A stretch of DNA of 58,899 nt, counting the filler, from Gonapodya sp. JEL0774 (taxonomy: Eukaryota): assembly GCA_027604505.1 (NCBI GenBank). It is 3 parts of 3 records of this genome, joined end to end, with 100 filler letters (N's around TTAATTAATTAA, not from the genome) between each part and the next. Parts side by side here need not be neighbours in the genome. Positions count along the whole stretch, not along the records: positions 19,735 to 39,286 come from JADIIX010000252.1; 2 more parts are not named here. The stretch is one strand, 5' to 3'. Below are positions 27,018-39,386 of the stretch, piece after piece (within the stretch, counting starts at the first letter, position 1; each line of letters begins with the position of its first letter). Made by a program: the position numbers and the translations under genes. The notes below the pieces were generated by a model that made no database searches, was not told where the DNA came from, and worked only from the letters and a program-made list of their open reading frames with translations.

Positions 27018-28051
27018 ATGCAACTGCAGGGACCTGAATACCTGAACCCTTCACAATTCAATAATCCTGGCATGAGCGACTCAACAATCCTCCCCACCCG
27101 GCTGTTTACGCCTGGAGCTGGTATCCCTCAGTGGGTCCCTCCATTCCCGAGTCATCGGATTTCAGTCAAAACCGAACACAACTCGGTAGCGCCCGGAAAC
27201 TTTTCGGTGATCTGGCCAACAAACGTACAAGGGCTTCCATCCCTCGCAGACGCGGACGATCAAGATGCTGGGATGGGCATACCGTTCCCACCCTTCGAGC
27301 CGTGCTTGACCGCTCGCTCCATGACCACCGCGGGTGGCACTCCCAGTGAAAGCACTGTACATACCGGGTGCTTGGGTGCTGTGGCGCCTGCAGAGCGTGC
27401 CGCTGTGGAAACAGGATGTGATGGCAAAGAGAAATTCACCAGCTCGCAGCAGCTGTCTCAACACAAAGGTTCACATCAACTCAAAGCACCTCCTATCACC
27501 TCCCAGTCTCAGCAAAAGCGGCGCCGCACTTCAGTCTCTGGTCCCGCTTTCCTGATCCGTGACAATAACAGCGAGGATGATAGTGGAGTTCCGAATGGAG
27601 TACGACGGGCCAGCACCGGCAGCGTGGGGAGTCACGGGCATGCGTCTGAGATCAAGACCGACAGTGAGAGGGTGGTGAAGGCAAAGATGTCGGCGTGGAC
27701 CAAAGTGGATGAAATGAGAATGCTCGGTAGGTGCGGATATTTATGGATCCTGCACTGTTCAATCCATCTCACTGTACACACCATACACCCATAGACGCGA
27801 TTGAAACCCAGCTTAAAGGTCGCTGGGGTACAATCGCACAAGATGTGGGACCACACCGCCAAGCACAAGGATGTGTGGTGCACTGGGGCAGCTTGAGAAG
27901 GAAATTGGGAATGGAGATGGGGAAACGAAGCATCAAGACGGTGCAAACCGACGGAAATTCGGATGATGAAGATGATGATAAAGACTGGAAGGAAGGAAGA
28001 TCAAAGTTGGAAGGAATGAAGAACAAGAGACGCGGCCGGACGGGTCGGTAG
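27018..28051 (+). CDS. Myb/SANT-like domain protein with possible degenerate C2H2 finger
   Basis: Spliced SAWTKVDEMRML|DAIE...RWGTIAQDVG.HRQAQGCVVHW..LRRK fits Myb W..W..W spacing. KFTSSQQLSQHKGSH is C2H2-like. Start codon uncertain. Confidence 0.6.
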
Positions 28052-28308
28052 ATCCATGGCCTGTTGTTGCCGTAATCAATATCGAACAGGCCAACAGCAA
28101 ACAAGAAGATCGATTGCGTATAACCTGGTAAATACAGCGTAGTATGCATTCACGATGCGATCAATATCACAGGGGAAGCGCCGTCCGCATGTTGCCGTGG
28201 CCTGCAACTCGAAGTCCCATGCGCTCTATCACACACCATGTACATGCCCCCACATGAGCAATATCCAATGAATTCTCATGGAGGCCCTGAGATCCATCTG
28301 AGAACTCA

Positions 28309-29628
28309 CTACTGGCATTTGAAGTAGTCCACAAAAGGCTCCCCTTCAGGCTCCCACGAAACCTTCTTACTACGCAATCCAACGATAATCGCGGAATGAA
28401 TATCCTCCCATTCCTCCCGGGATCCTCCAACGAACCGAACATGTTCTACGGGGAGGCCGGAAATCAGATATCGGATGAGAGTCTGGTCTGTGATGGAAAG
28501 GGCGGAAATTAAGATGGTGGCTTCGTGGAGGTTTGGAAATAAGCGCGATATTGCAGATAAGAGGCGATCGATATTGTGCGTGCTGGGGAGGCCGTCAGAT
28601 ACCGTGATGTGGATGCGGAGAATATTCGGAAAGCGGATAATGTCCTCCTCATCACTCTCAGAGCTGAGAATCATTAAAAAGGTCTCCAAATCATCTTGTG
28701 AGCTTGAAAAGTCGATGGACCCAATCTCCCTGAGCGACGGAAAGTAATGCAGTAATGGTATGATATCTCGCAGACCGCAAATATGTTTGCCTCCAAAGTG
28801 CGAAACCAAAGTTCTGAAGTGATCTCGGTCTTTCATCAGTGTCCCAGTTTCTTCAACTGCGTCACCATCAATCCAATAAGTCGTAGCCTCCAACAAGATG
28901 GTGCTCGACAAGTCCCAACCACCCATTTGCAAAGATCGAGCATTCGGGAAGATAGAACTCAAGGAGCCCAGTATTTGAATGTTGTCGCTATCGATTCTGG
29001 CATTGGGGCAATACACTGCCAGAGATTTTACCGAGTCGAGCACAGGGGTCGGCTCCGGAATATTGGCAATCATGTTGAGGTCGGCGATAGTGAGACTTAA
29101 CGCCTGTGGTCTCAAAGTCCTGCAGATGGATTGTACGACATTGTACATCCAGGTCGAATGTCCAATCGGGAAAAGGTGACATGACGAGAAAGATAGTCTT
29201 CCGATCCTCTGGTGTGGGAGGCCTCGAGAACCATACATAGCAGCAACTTCTTTGATGATGGATTCTGGAGTGACACGATCAACAAGCTTCTTGTCAACTG
29301 TCACATGAACACGGACTCCGCACCACCGAGCGCTGGTCCTGGATGACTCGGGTCTCGCGGATGCCTTGGTCGAGGAGTAAAGTCCGTCACTCCCGAGCGC
29401 CAGAAACTCGCCCAGTAATGTCACCGCAGTAAGCGCGCTTCTTCCGACCTTATCTCGCACGCAGATTCGGCAGTCGAGATAGAGTTTGCCATCAGCATCC
29501 AGGGCGAACCGGGCAATTTCCCTCCATTTGCGACAAACTAACGGAACTCGTTGGAAATAAACTTGGGGAGGAAGGTGAAGGATGATTGATTCGAGAATCT
29601 CGTCGGGGAGTGAATCGATTAAACTCAT
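28309..29628 (-). CDS. F-box protein with LRR-like C-terminus, intronless; paralog of 24398-25732
   Basis: LIDSLPDEILESIILHLP..VCRKWREI; shares RFAL..DGKL.LDCR and VSHFGG with the upstream paralog. Confidence 0.85.
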   Translation of the reverse strand: MSLIDSLPDEILESIILHLPPQVYFQRVPLVCRKWREIARFALDADGKLYLDCRICVRDKVGRSALTAVTLLGEFLALGSDGLYSSTKASARPESSRTSARWCGVRVHVTVDKKLVDRVTPESIIKEVAAMYGSRGLPHQRIGRLSFSSCHLFPIGHSTWMYNVVQSICRTLRPQALSLTIADLNMIANIPEPTPVLDSVKSLAVYCPNARIDSDNIQILGSLSSIFPNARSLQMGGWDLSSTILLEATTYWIDGDAVEETGTLMKDRDHFRTLVSHFGGKHICGLRDIIPLLHYFPSLREIGSIDFSSSQDDLETFLMILSSESDEEDIIRFPNILRIHITVSDGLPSTHNIDRLLSAISRLFPNLHEATILISALSITDQTLIRYLISGLPVEHVRFVGGSREEWEDIHSAIIVGLRSKKVSWEPEGEPFVDYFKCQ

Positions 29629-29713
29629 TGTACAATATGGTGTTTCAAAATTGGTGTTTCAAAGAGCGATCGCGATCGGCTCTATCACCGGCAATAATAC
29701 CCACAATCCGACA

Positions 29714-30956
29714 ATGAACGATTATGCAGGAATTGCGGACATGATTGCCGAGCGAAAGCGGCGCGTGAGTCTTGTGGGCTACTGAAGATGTCAATGTCGC
29801 CAGTTCTGCTCATTCACCATTTTCAATGCGCATTGAAAGGAAGCCGCCCGAGAGCTCGGCAAGAAACTGGCTCGTGAAGAACTAGAAACAGTGAGCAAAA
29901 CTAGCAGATCCGCTCTCTGAGCTGGATGAAATTGGAATCAGAAGTTTGAATTGCATCATGCAACCAATCATTTTTACGTTGGAAGATGAAACGCATGCTA
30001 CAAGATCTTCAAGTGAATTTGCGCAAGTTCGCTGATAGTCACAGGAAGGAGATTCTTTCGAGCGCGGAGTTTCGCACCAAATTTCAGACCATGTGTGACG
30101 AGATTGGTATCGATCCTTTGGCGTGTGAGTCTGGATGGGGAATGATGTTATATGCGAAACGGTTACGTAGTCTTGATATCTTCTCCTCCTCCGTCATATG
30201 GATGTGATGGTGCTGTTCTACCGGCCTTTCACCCATCTATACATGCAGCACGCAAGTCCGCATGGTCTGACCTGTTGGGCGTCAGCGATTTCTATTACCA
30301 ACTCGCTGTTCAGTGTGTCGATGTGTGTGTCCGAACTCGCCCTCAAAACGGGGGGCTTATTGACCTCGAGGAGCTGAGAACCAGAATCAACAAGATTCGA
30401 GGGCGAGAGGAGGAGATTTCATAGTGAGTTGGCACTTGTGATGTCATTTTGGGCGCAAAATTCGAACTTTCGAGTCATTGAGTGGTGTCTCGAAAATGCT
30501 ATGTCGATGATTCTGCGACTCCGTGATCGCTACGGTTCATTACCATGACCCTAAGTGATGATCTACAACGCGCTATTCGCTCACTGGCCCCTCTTGGTGG
30601 GGGCTTCCAAATCCTCTCCGTCGGTAATCGCACGCTCGTCCAATCTGTGCCCGCAGAGCTTAGCAGTGACTCGGGAGTGGCGGTTACTATAGCACAGGTG
30701 GGCGTCCCCGTGAATGAGGGATGTGCTCTTGCTGCCCATCGCTCATATCATGTGTTGGAACAACTGATAGGCGAACTCCGGAACTTTCACGCTTGCCAAC
30801 CTTACCACCCCTCCCAGCTCGTTCCACCCTGCACGAGCTCTTTCCGCTGCTGACGCCTTGGTCAAGAGCGGATCGGTCTGGGTTGACGACCAAGCCCCTG
30901 GCGGAGAGAGGGTGTACTATGTGGTCGCCTTGTGGAAAGGTGGACTGGATGAATAA
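29714..30956 (+). CDS. SNF8: ESCRT-II subunit Vps22/Snf8/EAP30 (multi-exon)
   Basis: FA..HRKEI....EFR.KFQ.MC..IGIDPLA, LLGVSDFYYQLAVQ..DVC..TR..NGGLI, DDL.RAI..L.PLG.GF, VQSVP.EL, G.VWVDDQ. Confidence 0.93.
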
Positions 30957-31771
30957 AAGCAGGGTCACAAGTTTTCAATCAACATGGTCCAGCAAGGACC
31001 TACACTATTCGTGCACAAGTTAAAATCGAGTCAACATATTGTGGGACTCCTTCAGATGAACAATATCCGAAGCGGTGCCACTGCGTTGCTATGTATGGCG
31101 TCAGAGTACCGGCTGGTGTACGAGCATGTGCAAGCGATGTGATTCTGGGTCGTTTAAATTCTGTTGAAAGATGGCCTAGAATAGCCTTACGTGAATAGCC
31201 TGAATAGAATGGCCTTACGCCACGCACCGAGATTGGCCGGATAGTCTGCGTCACTGGGATGGATGCAGTCGTGCCGTGGTTGTGTACAGTGGAACAGGCG
31301 TTTGTCCCGCGATACGTTGATATTCCCGGCAAAGAGTGGGTCAGCAATGGAGCTTCTTATAGATGTGATGCGATTATGTTATGAGCAGAGTACAATTTAT
31401 ACCATTGACGGAGCGTACCTTCAGGATGGGCCGGACGAGGAGACCCAATTTTATAATCACCACATGCAAGCCAACCAATCTTTCATTAACAGGATAGGTG
31501 AAAGTTGCAGTACGTGTATCATAAAGGTTCTCCAGTTGTTCGAGTCACCTGCTCCCGCCTGTGCTATCATCGCCAATTGCAAATGTAATCTGCTGTTGGA
31601 CTGTAACCTAATGAGAAAGTAGACTGACGAACTTGTGCTTTCGGGAATAAAGTGAATATACACTGTGAAGAACTTCTACTTGAGGAGTCGGAACTGAGAG
31701 TTATACTGATTTACTAGGCTCTGTGGGCCATTCAGCCCAGATTCGCCTCTGCCCGCATCATCTTCCAGCCG

Positions 31772-34215
31772 TCAAGCACTTCCCCATCCAACCTCTCGCC
31801 TTTCTCCCCCATGGTTCTGTTCCGCTGCACCATAACTCCTTCCACCTTGACCCCACGTCCTCCCACCCTGATCACTTTGGTGACTCGCTGTCACTGATGC
31901 AGGGCTTGGGTAAGATTGGGCCGCGATGCTTGCGGTAGGTTGCTTGAGTGCAGCGGAGAGGGGTGGGAGAACAGGGAACCCAGGTTGTGGGCCGGTGGAG
32001 CTCGGTCTCTGAGGTGGCACGAAGGGCGAGGAGATCCCGTGAGTGGGTGCTGGGGAGGGAAGGACAGATCTAGAAACACCAGAGTCGTAGCTAGGGTAAT
32101 TATGGTAACTGGAGTTATGTCGTGCATTGGTGTCCGCCATCGTACCGTTGGTTGGTGGTGGTACTGTTGAGATACCGGTCCTTTCTCTCCCATCCAAGGT
32201 GGGTTGAATATCTGGGACTCCGTTCGGTCTGCCACCGGCACCGGCCAATGCGACTGACAAGGATGGCAGAGACATACTGCTCGAACCAGCGGTGCTAATC
32301 GGCCTTGGAGTCGATGGTGCGAGTGGGGGCGGCAGATGCTGTCTGGTCAGTGGGGAACCATAAGATCCCGAGATCGAGTCTGACGCGGGAATGCTCTCTG
32401 ACATGGATGGTATGGATCTGAGTGATGGCATCTCGAGACGGGAGATGGAGTTGGGGACGCGGCTATTGTACGGCGAGGCTCCGATATTACGAAGGTGGAT
32501 GTCCTCGAGGTGAGCCCTTCCCACTGCGTCAATCGAAGATTCAGGAGGGGGCATGTTGTACTGATTGCGTGTTGCGAATGCTGTGGTGTTCATTGGGGTG
32601 TAGTTCTGCCCGTGCGACGGGTTGGGTTGTGAGTGATTGTACGAAGGTGCTGAAGACGGAAGGTGATCGCCTGAGGGGGTGGTATTTCCGGACATGGGGT
32701 GCGAATTGGCTAGGGCGGACCCGTATCCTTGACTGTACTGACCGTGGGGAGGACCCGATGGCGGGCCCGAGTAACCTTGCGTTGGGCCTGAGAAAGACCT
32801 GCGTCTGTAGTCACTAGAATCCAAGTTCGACCTATAGCTTGATTGTCCGGAGAAATAGTTTGACGAGTTCTGGTTTTGCAGCACATCGTAGCCAGACGAT
32901 GAGGACGGAACCGCAGAGTCCCCATCCTCCGACACGATTGGTGCATTGTAACCTAGCTCTGGCGATGGAGGTTCAACGTACTGCTGCTGAGAATGTGGCG
33001 TCGTGTTGCCATTGCCGCCATAGAACCCATTGCCACCATCATAGGGACCACGGTTTGGACCCTGGTACTGTCCACCGATCTCTCCGGCCTCTGGCGTGAG
33101 GGAGAGACCATGCTCATGCCGAGACTGGGACCGGGATGTGTTGGAGAGGTGCACGGGGGAACGTTGGATGAAGGAATCTGATGAATGACATATCATTCCC
33201 AGCGGGCGATAATCGACGCATGCAAGGGTTGGCATCGAAATTAGACCACGAAACACAACCGATCAGATACAATACACACCGGCACGCATTCCGTAATCCA
33301 CACTAGCACGGTGATGCGATGTGGCGAGCCCACCTTGTGGGCCGGCGCGACCACTGCTGAAGTTGCCGTGAGCACTGTGTCCTCCACCTATGACGCCTGT
33401 GGCCGCGTCGGCCACGAATTCGGGGTACATCTCTGTCGGAATCGCGATACCTGCGAGGTGGGAGACCTCGCTAGGTGTTCTGATTCTACCATCTCGTAAG
33501 TCTTCCACAGAGTAATACGAAACAAGGTGTTGTCTCTTGTTGTCGCCCGTGCATATGGAGAGAGCCTTTTTCACGAGTCCACCTTCCAAGATATACGGGT
33601 CCACGCCTAAACTGTGAGGCCCTGCTCGCACACGGCCTTTGGGTTTGTTCTGCACCTCCTTGTAGAGCAAGAAGCTTCCGTGAATGCGGCTTGCGCTCCA
33701 TGCTTTGCCATCAGTCCATCTTCTGATACCAGATTCCTCCTCGTCCCAGACAAACACGGCGCCGGAGCGAATACATTGCTGGCGTTCGGCTTCCGAGAGT
33801 CGGCGTTGAACTCGTTTGAGAAGGTTGAGACGACAAGCTTCAAAAAGAAGTAAGGCGTCGTTGGTAGTCTTTAAGGTCATGTTTAGTGATGTCGGCGCGC
33901 AGCACGTTGTGTCGACGATTCAAGGATTTCGGCGGACATGGTTGTTGGGAAAAGAGGAGTGAATTGGGTTACATAACGTTCTTTAATGCCCGCGATCAAT
34001 GATAAGTAATGCGCGTTTAAACGCATTTAGAGTTACGTGAACCATGTGTAACAGATGAGCGCCGGTGCAAACAAGGGTCACATCGATGCAGATCCCATCC
34101 GAAATATCATATCTTTCCCATCATTCATCATCCATCATCGCCTAAATGCGAGATTCACTCTTCATCTGCCCATTCTAAAGCTCACCTGAACGTAACCGCT
34201 GAACGTGTGCATCAT
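31772..34215 (-). CDS. Gti1/Pac2 (WOPR-box) transcription factor (about 3 exons)
   Basis: Exon 1 MMHTFSGYVQ (34215-34186) splices to TTNDALLLFEAC..RRL..ER...IRSG.VFVWDE.ESGIRRWTDGK.WS.SR, then GLVKK and HLVSYY. Long S/P/G-rich C-terminal exon. Confidence 0.92.
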
Positions 34216-35819
34216 CTCTGCAATTGCAGAGCTTGTTGAGGGCGATGTGGGAGAATTGAAAGTGGGACGAGCGATGAACACAAGATGATTGCGCAGTTCG
34301 CTGAAGAATTCTGGGTTTGAGATTTCCGGCGCTAGTTTGTTCGCCAGATGAGATGAAGGTAAGGTTGCCTGGCAGGGTCAGTGTTATATGCGATCTGTAC
34401 AGCACCAAAGCGCTCGTTAGCGAACGCGCGCACTCCAGCGCCCCGGCCTCACAAGAGCAGTCGGATAATCTTAGCAGGTCAGCTATCAAAATACCGAAAG
34501 ATATTTGCTCGATTCCAAGATGTGTGACCTGCTGCCTCACATCCCACACTTTGGAAACGGGAAACTCAACGGCGCGCACAGCGTCCAGCGTGACCGTCGG
34601 CAATCTCCAAGCCTCGAATTTCGTCTCGTTGACATCCGGAAGACCTCACAATACGTCGTTCCCCGTTCCCACCGAAGAGTCAAAACGTGTGACCGTTCGC
34701 ACGAGACCCATAGTTTAAAAAGCAGTGGTAACTCGGCCGACCGGAACCTTCGCCCAGTGTATCGAGAAAGAAAGCTTTTAAGCGGGAGTGGCGACTGACT
34801 TCGTTTCCTGCTCGGCGTTCACGGCCAAGGTTGGGGAGAGAACTCTATCACGTTTATGGTTTTTTAGGAGAGGCGATCGCCTCATATTGCGAGGCACAAT
34901 CTTTGACTTTTACCCGACCCGCACTCAACACTTCTCCGGCACTTCAGAGGGCCCGCAGGAACATAGCCAAAATTCGAATGACCAGACAATGCGCACTAAC
35001 GCCTGCCGCTTATGTTTGCGACATGGAACGTGTTTCCGGCGGCACAATCACGTCAGCCAACCTCTTCTGTTATCGGCAGTTGAGAACAACAAATGGTAAT
35101 ATTTGAGCCACTAGAAGCGGAAATTGAGATTTGACAGCATAATATCGTAGGGTTATAATCTCACCGATGACAAATATTTGTTATGGAAGTTGGTATGGAG
35201 GACCGGATCAGCCCCACCCGCAGCTGCGTGGATGAAAAATACGTGTAATTTTTCTGAAGGTGTAATCCAATATAATTGAAAAACGTGCGCACCGTGGCAA
35301 AGGGGAGATCCGGTGATGCATTGATATTTGAACATGATCACGAGATAAGAAGGATGTCTCAGTATTACGTATAAAGAAAATCCGAGCATTGTTATGACTC
35401 ATCCGTCTCTGGATGAAGACTTCAATTCTTACTCCTCGCCACCCCCCCACGATATGGGTGAATCTGTAACACAAAGAAAGGGATGATGGCGCCCGGGCCA
35501 AGCACAAATGCCGAAACTCCTCTAGTCAATTTGCTGAGCTCAAGGTTTTTTTCACCTTTCTTTCTTCACCAACTTAATTAACTCTTAGCGAACCCGATCG
35601 CCTCCCAAAGTGAGGCTCGCCCAGTTCCACCGTAGGCAGTGGGGCTCCGCAATTTGTTGCACTAGCAGCAGATGTTATGTATGCCACTGACCTGGTTATA
35701 ATTGACGCGGTGAGCACACACAGAAGAAAGCACAGACCTCCGATCCGAATTTAGTTTTACTGCGACCTCTGAAGCAAATGTATGGGCATACGCACGGGCA
35801 TACAAGTTGCGTGATGGAA

Positions 35820-37259
35820 TCAATAACGACTTCCAACAACGATTTGCTTCCCACATGATTTGGCTCTTTCCACCAATCCTCCCAAAAACCAGCCAACCCA
35901 TTCTGCACCTTTCGATTCCGAAACGCTTCGAGCCCCCGACAGCCATCCTTCTCGCAAGACTAGCTCAACTACATCTCCTGTAAACCGCAATCTTTGCCCT
36001 GGAACGTCTTGGACGAAAGCACCCCAGGAAGAATGGGCGATTGGGGCGTCGGTCGGGGAGAGGGGCTTCACCGGGCTGGGAAATGCAAGATCGAACACAA
36101 TCTCTTGAACGTTTGGAAAATAGACTTTGACTGCTCGCGCAAATGCTACCAGCAAGGCTGTATTCGACATGTCGTTCCGGTGCATTCGAGGTGCGACCCT
36201 GACGTGAAGGGTTGTGACAGAGGGCTGGGACCAACTCTTGGTCAAAGCATTTGCTTCGAGACCTCGAGTGAGATCCGCTGGTGCGATGTAGGCTAAATCG
36301 GGCCAAAGGTGATTCGAATCGTCAAAGAGCATGAGGTGCCCAAGTTCTGTGAGGTTGGGAAAGGCAGAGAGGAGATTTGAGAGGTAGATAGGAAAGAATG
36401 ACAGGGGCACCGTGAAGTTGAAGCCGAGTGTAAAGAAGCTTTCCAAGTTGTATGAGTTTGAATAGGAACTTTTCGTAGTGACGGCTTGGAGAAAGGCGGT
36501 GTTGTCGCGCTCAGTATACGATTCGATACGGAGAGTGTGCATATTGGGGAATACAGTAAAAGGGTCGGCAAAAACGGTACTGGAGCGCGACACTGCATTC
36601 GGGATCCGCTGGATGGAAACCTCCTGGACCGATGGCGCGGGAAGGACATTGCCTCGGATCCACGCCAGCAGCACCTCCTCCGATATCGAAATGGAATTGA
36701 GAGCGAATCGCTGAGAGAACTGCGCGGCAAAGTCCAACAAAGGCGTCCCACCGCGTCCTCGAGACAGGGAAGGGTTGTCCACCGACATGACATCCACACA
36801 GATCGGGACGGGGATCAGCCCACGCCGGATTGGCCGAATGCGAGGTGCAGACCGAATCGCAGCGTCCGTCACCACAGAGGCGAGTTCTGTGAATATGGGC
36901 GTTGTGTGGAGCAAATGGGCGGGCACGAACAGGGAGATTTTGGTGACAGTGACGGCGATCGCGCTGGGAGCGGTGATTGCTCTGTCTCCCCCCAGTTTGC
37001 AACCAACCGGCTTGAACACCTTGAAGAGCTTCCCCACCACAGCCTTTATCGGTAGTGCTTCGTGCATGAGATCGCTGACCGCTAGTGAGACCTCCACCGG
37101 CAGTTTTCCGTCGCGATCGAACGCGGTTCGAGTGATATGTCCCCATCGGCGGCATGTGACCGCGACGGCGGAGAAAAAGTCCAATGGGGGCACCTGGAGG
37201 AAGATTTGAAGGAGAATTTCGGTCGGGAGCGTGGATATGGGGGACGTATCGAGGGTCAT
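35820..37259 (-). CDS. F-box protein with LRR-like C-terminus, intronless
   Basis: ISTLPTEILLQIFLQVP..FF....TCRRWGHI, followed by the family motif FD.DGKL; FPNM/FPNL/FPNV repeats. Confidence 0.85.
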   Translation of the reverse strand: MTLDTSPISTLPTEILLQIFLQVPPLDFFSAVAVTCRRWGHITRTAFDRDGKLPVEVSLAVSDLMHEALPIKAVVGKLFKVFKPVGCKLGGDRAITAPSAIAVTVTKISLFVPAHLLHTTPIFTELASVVTDAAIRSAPRIRPIRRGLIPVPICVDVMSVDNPSLSRGRGGTPLLDFAAQFSQRFALNSISISEEVLLAWIRGNVLPAPSVQEVSIQRIPNAVSRSSTVFADPFTVFPNMHTLRIESYTERDNTAFLQAVTTKSSYSNSYNLESFFTLGFNFTVPLSFFPIYLSNLLSAFPNLTELGHLMLFDDSNHLWPDLAYIAPADLTRGLEANALTKSWSQPSVTTLHVRVAPRMHRNDMSNTALLVAFARAVKVYFPNVQEIVFDLAFPSPVKPLSPTDAPIAHSSWGAFVQDVPGQRLRFTGDVVELVLREGWLSGARSVSESKGAEWVGWFLGGLVERAKSCGKQIVVGSRY

Positions 37260-37678
37260 TTCCTGTAATTCTGAGAGTACGTGCTGGCCGTGACCGTTGC
37301 CCAAGTCTCTCCTTGATCGGCGAGCTCGATGAGAGCAACTTCTCAACCTGAATACAAAAACAACTGATTTGCACACTTACGGCTTGCCAGATGAGCTTGG
37401 CCGGCGAGCAGACAAGGTTTTATATCCACATCATATGTGGATAAAATTGGGCGTAGGTAAACCTCTGGAATTCAAGATACTTCGAGGGCTGAACAATAGT
37501 AGACTAGCTTAATTTATGGTGAATCAGGTCATTGGACTAATATTATTGTGGGCTCGTGACTTGGATCGCATGACTGTCCTCGTGCTGATCCGATCAATGT
37601 ACATTAAGTGAACATCTTTCATTCCCCCGAATTGAATACTTCTCGAGCCGCCCTTATTCACCGGCCATCGAGTGCCAA

Positions 37679-39246
37679 ATGTGCGGGATTTTTGGCTGTG
37701 GGTAAACGTTTGAAACGCATGGCGGCAACCTCACAGGGAGTCGTTGAAACTGGGATGGATAGAGAACCGTTCCTCGCTTTGCAGCCTTTGGGAGAGGAAA
37801 CTAGCGACTGACGGGTGTGTTTTCCTATTCAATGGCCCTGCTGTTACTACGCGGAACCCTCAGACATCAATTTTCTGGTCGATAAGGACAGAAGGTAAGG
37901 AGGATCGAGTTGCTCAATCTCGTGAGCCGCTTTCTTGTTGAATGCATGACAACGCGGCCATGGTCTCAATCCTTGATGCCGTAAACTGAAGTGTCTTTTA
38001 TCCTGAAGAGTTGACTACGTTTTGAAAGGCGACACATTGTGACGAAGCACTCACAATATCTTGTGCACCTTCTAACCAGATTCATCCTCAAAACTCTTCT
38101 GGATGGTCTTCGGAGACTAGAATATCGTGGATACGATTCTGCAGGTGAGTTTCTAAATGCAGCAAAGCGGGCAACAAATACGAGTGCAATATTGAACGGT
38201 CCCCTCCTCGAGGTCTGGCTATCGATGGTGACAAAGAAGGGGAGTCCTATGTGTTCAAAGCTGTCGGCAAGGTATGTTGATTCTTTGGTAGGCAATTGGT
38301 GAATCCCACTGGGAACCCGAATCACTTTTGCCAGGTCTCCATTTTGGAACGCAACATCGCGTCCCGAACAAGCGCTGGCGAGTTGGACCTCACCCATAAC
38401 TTTACTGTCCACTGTGGCATGGCGCACACTCGTTGGGCTACTCACGGCCCACCCAGCGAGCGCAATTGTCATCCTCACCGGAGCGACCCACAGAACGAAT
38501 TCCTGGTCGTGCACAATGGCATCATCACGAATTATCGGGAACTGAAGGCCGTTCTGGAGAGGAAAGGATACATGTTTGAGAGCGATACCGATACTGAGGC
38601 GATTGCGAAGCTCGCAAAGTATATCTTTGACACGCAGAGACTCGCCGGACAGATTTCCTTCTCCAGCCTGGTCAAGGCCGTAATCAAGGAACTGGTGAGT
38701 TGGAAAAGTTTATACGAGATCCAGGGAGACTTCTACTTAGCAGCGAATTTGTCTTACCACTCCTGAAACGTGTTCGAAATAGGAAGGTGCCTTTGCGATC
38801 ATTGTAAAGTCGGCTCACTACCCCGGGGAAGTTGTTGCCGCCCGGCGTGGTTCACCTCTCCTTGTTGGCGTCAAGAGTGAGCAGAAGCTCAAAGTTGACT
38901 TTGTGGACGTGGAGTTCTCGTCGGATGCAGATAAGAGTGAGTCGGAAACTGACTACCAAATTCGAAACTTGCCCGCACCGCATGTGTTATTCACTACCAA
39001 AATAATTCTTCCGTCTCGCCATAAAAGGCCCCGAAGACGCCGCAGCCGCCTTCCTCACTCCTTCAGATCCGAACCACCCACTGTCGGCACAAGTCCAACG
39101 AAGCCAGTCTCGCGCCTTCTTGTCCGAGGACGGTGTCCCTCACCCCATCGAGTTCTTCGTGGCTTCGGATCCGAGCGCGGTGGTGGAGCATACGAAGCGC
39201 GTCCTGTACTTGGAGGACGATGATATCGCACATATTTATGATGGGG
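37679..39246 (+). CDS. GFA1: Glutamine:fructose-6-phosphate amidotransferase, N-terminal glutaminase half; truncated by the gap
   Basis: MCGIFG start (catalytic Cys), [72 protein letters not shown]. Confidence 0.95.
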
Positions 39247-39286
39247 GTGAGTGGGCGAACACGTGATGTTCCATTCGCAGGAGTCT

Positions 39287-39386
39287 NNNNNNNNNNNNNN
39301 NNNNNNNNNNNNNNNNNNNNNNNNNNNNNNTTAATTAATTAANNNNNNNNNNNNNNNNNNNNNNNNNNNNNNNNNNNNNNNNNNNN
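39287..39386. other. Assembly gap with artificial TTAATTAATTAA linker
   Basis: N-runs plus the same 12-mer. The genes on both sides are truncated. Confidence 0.95.
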
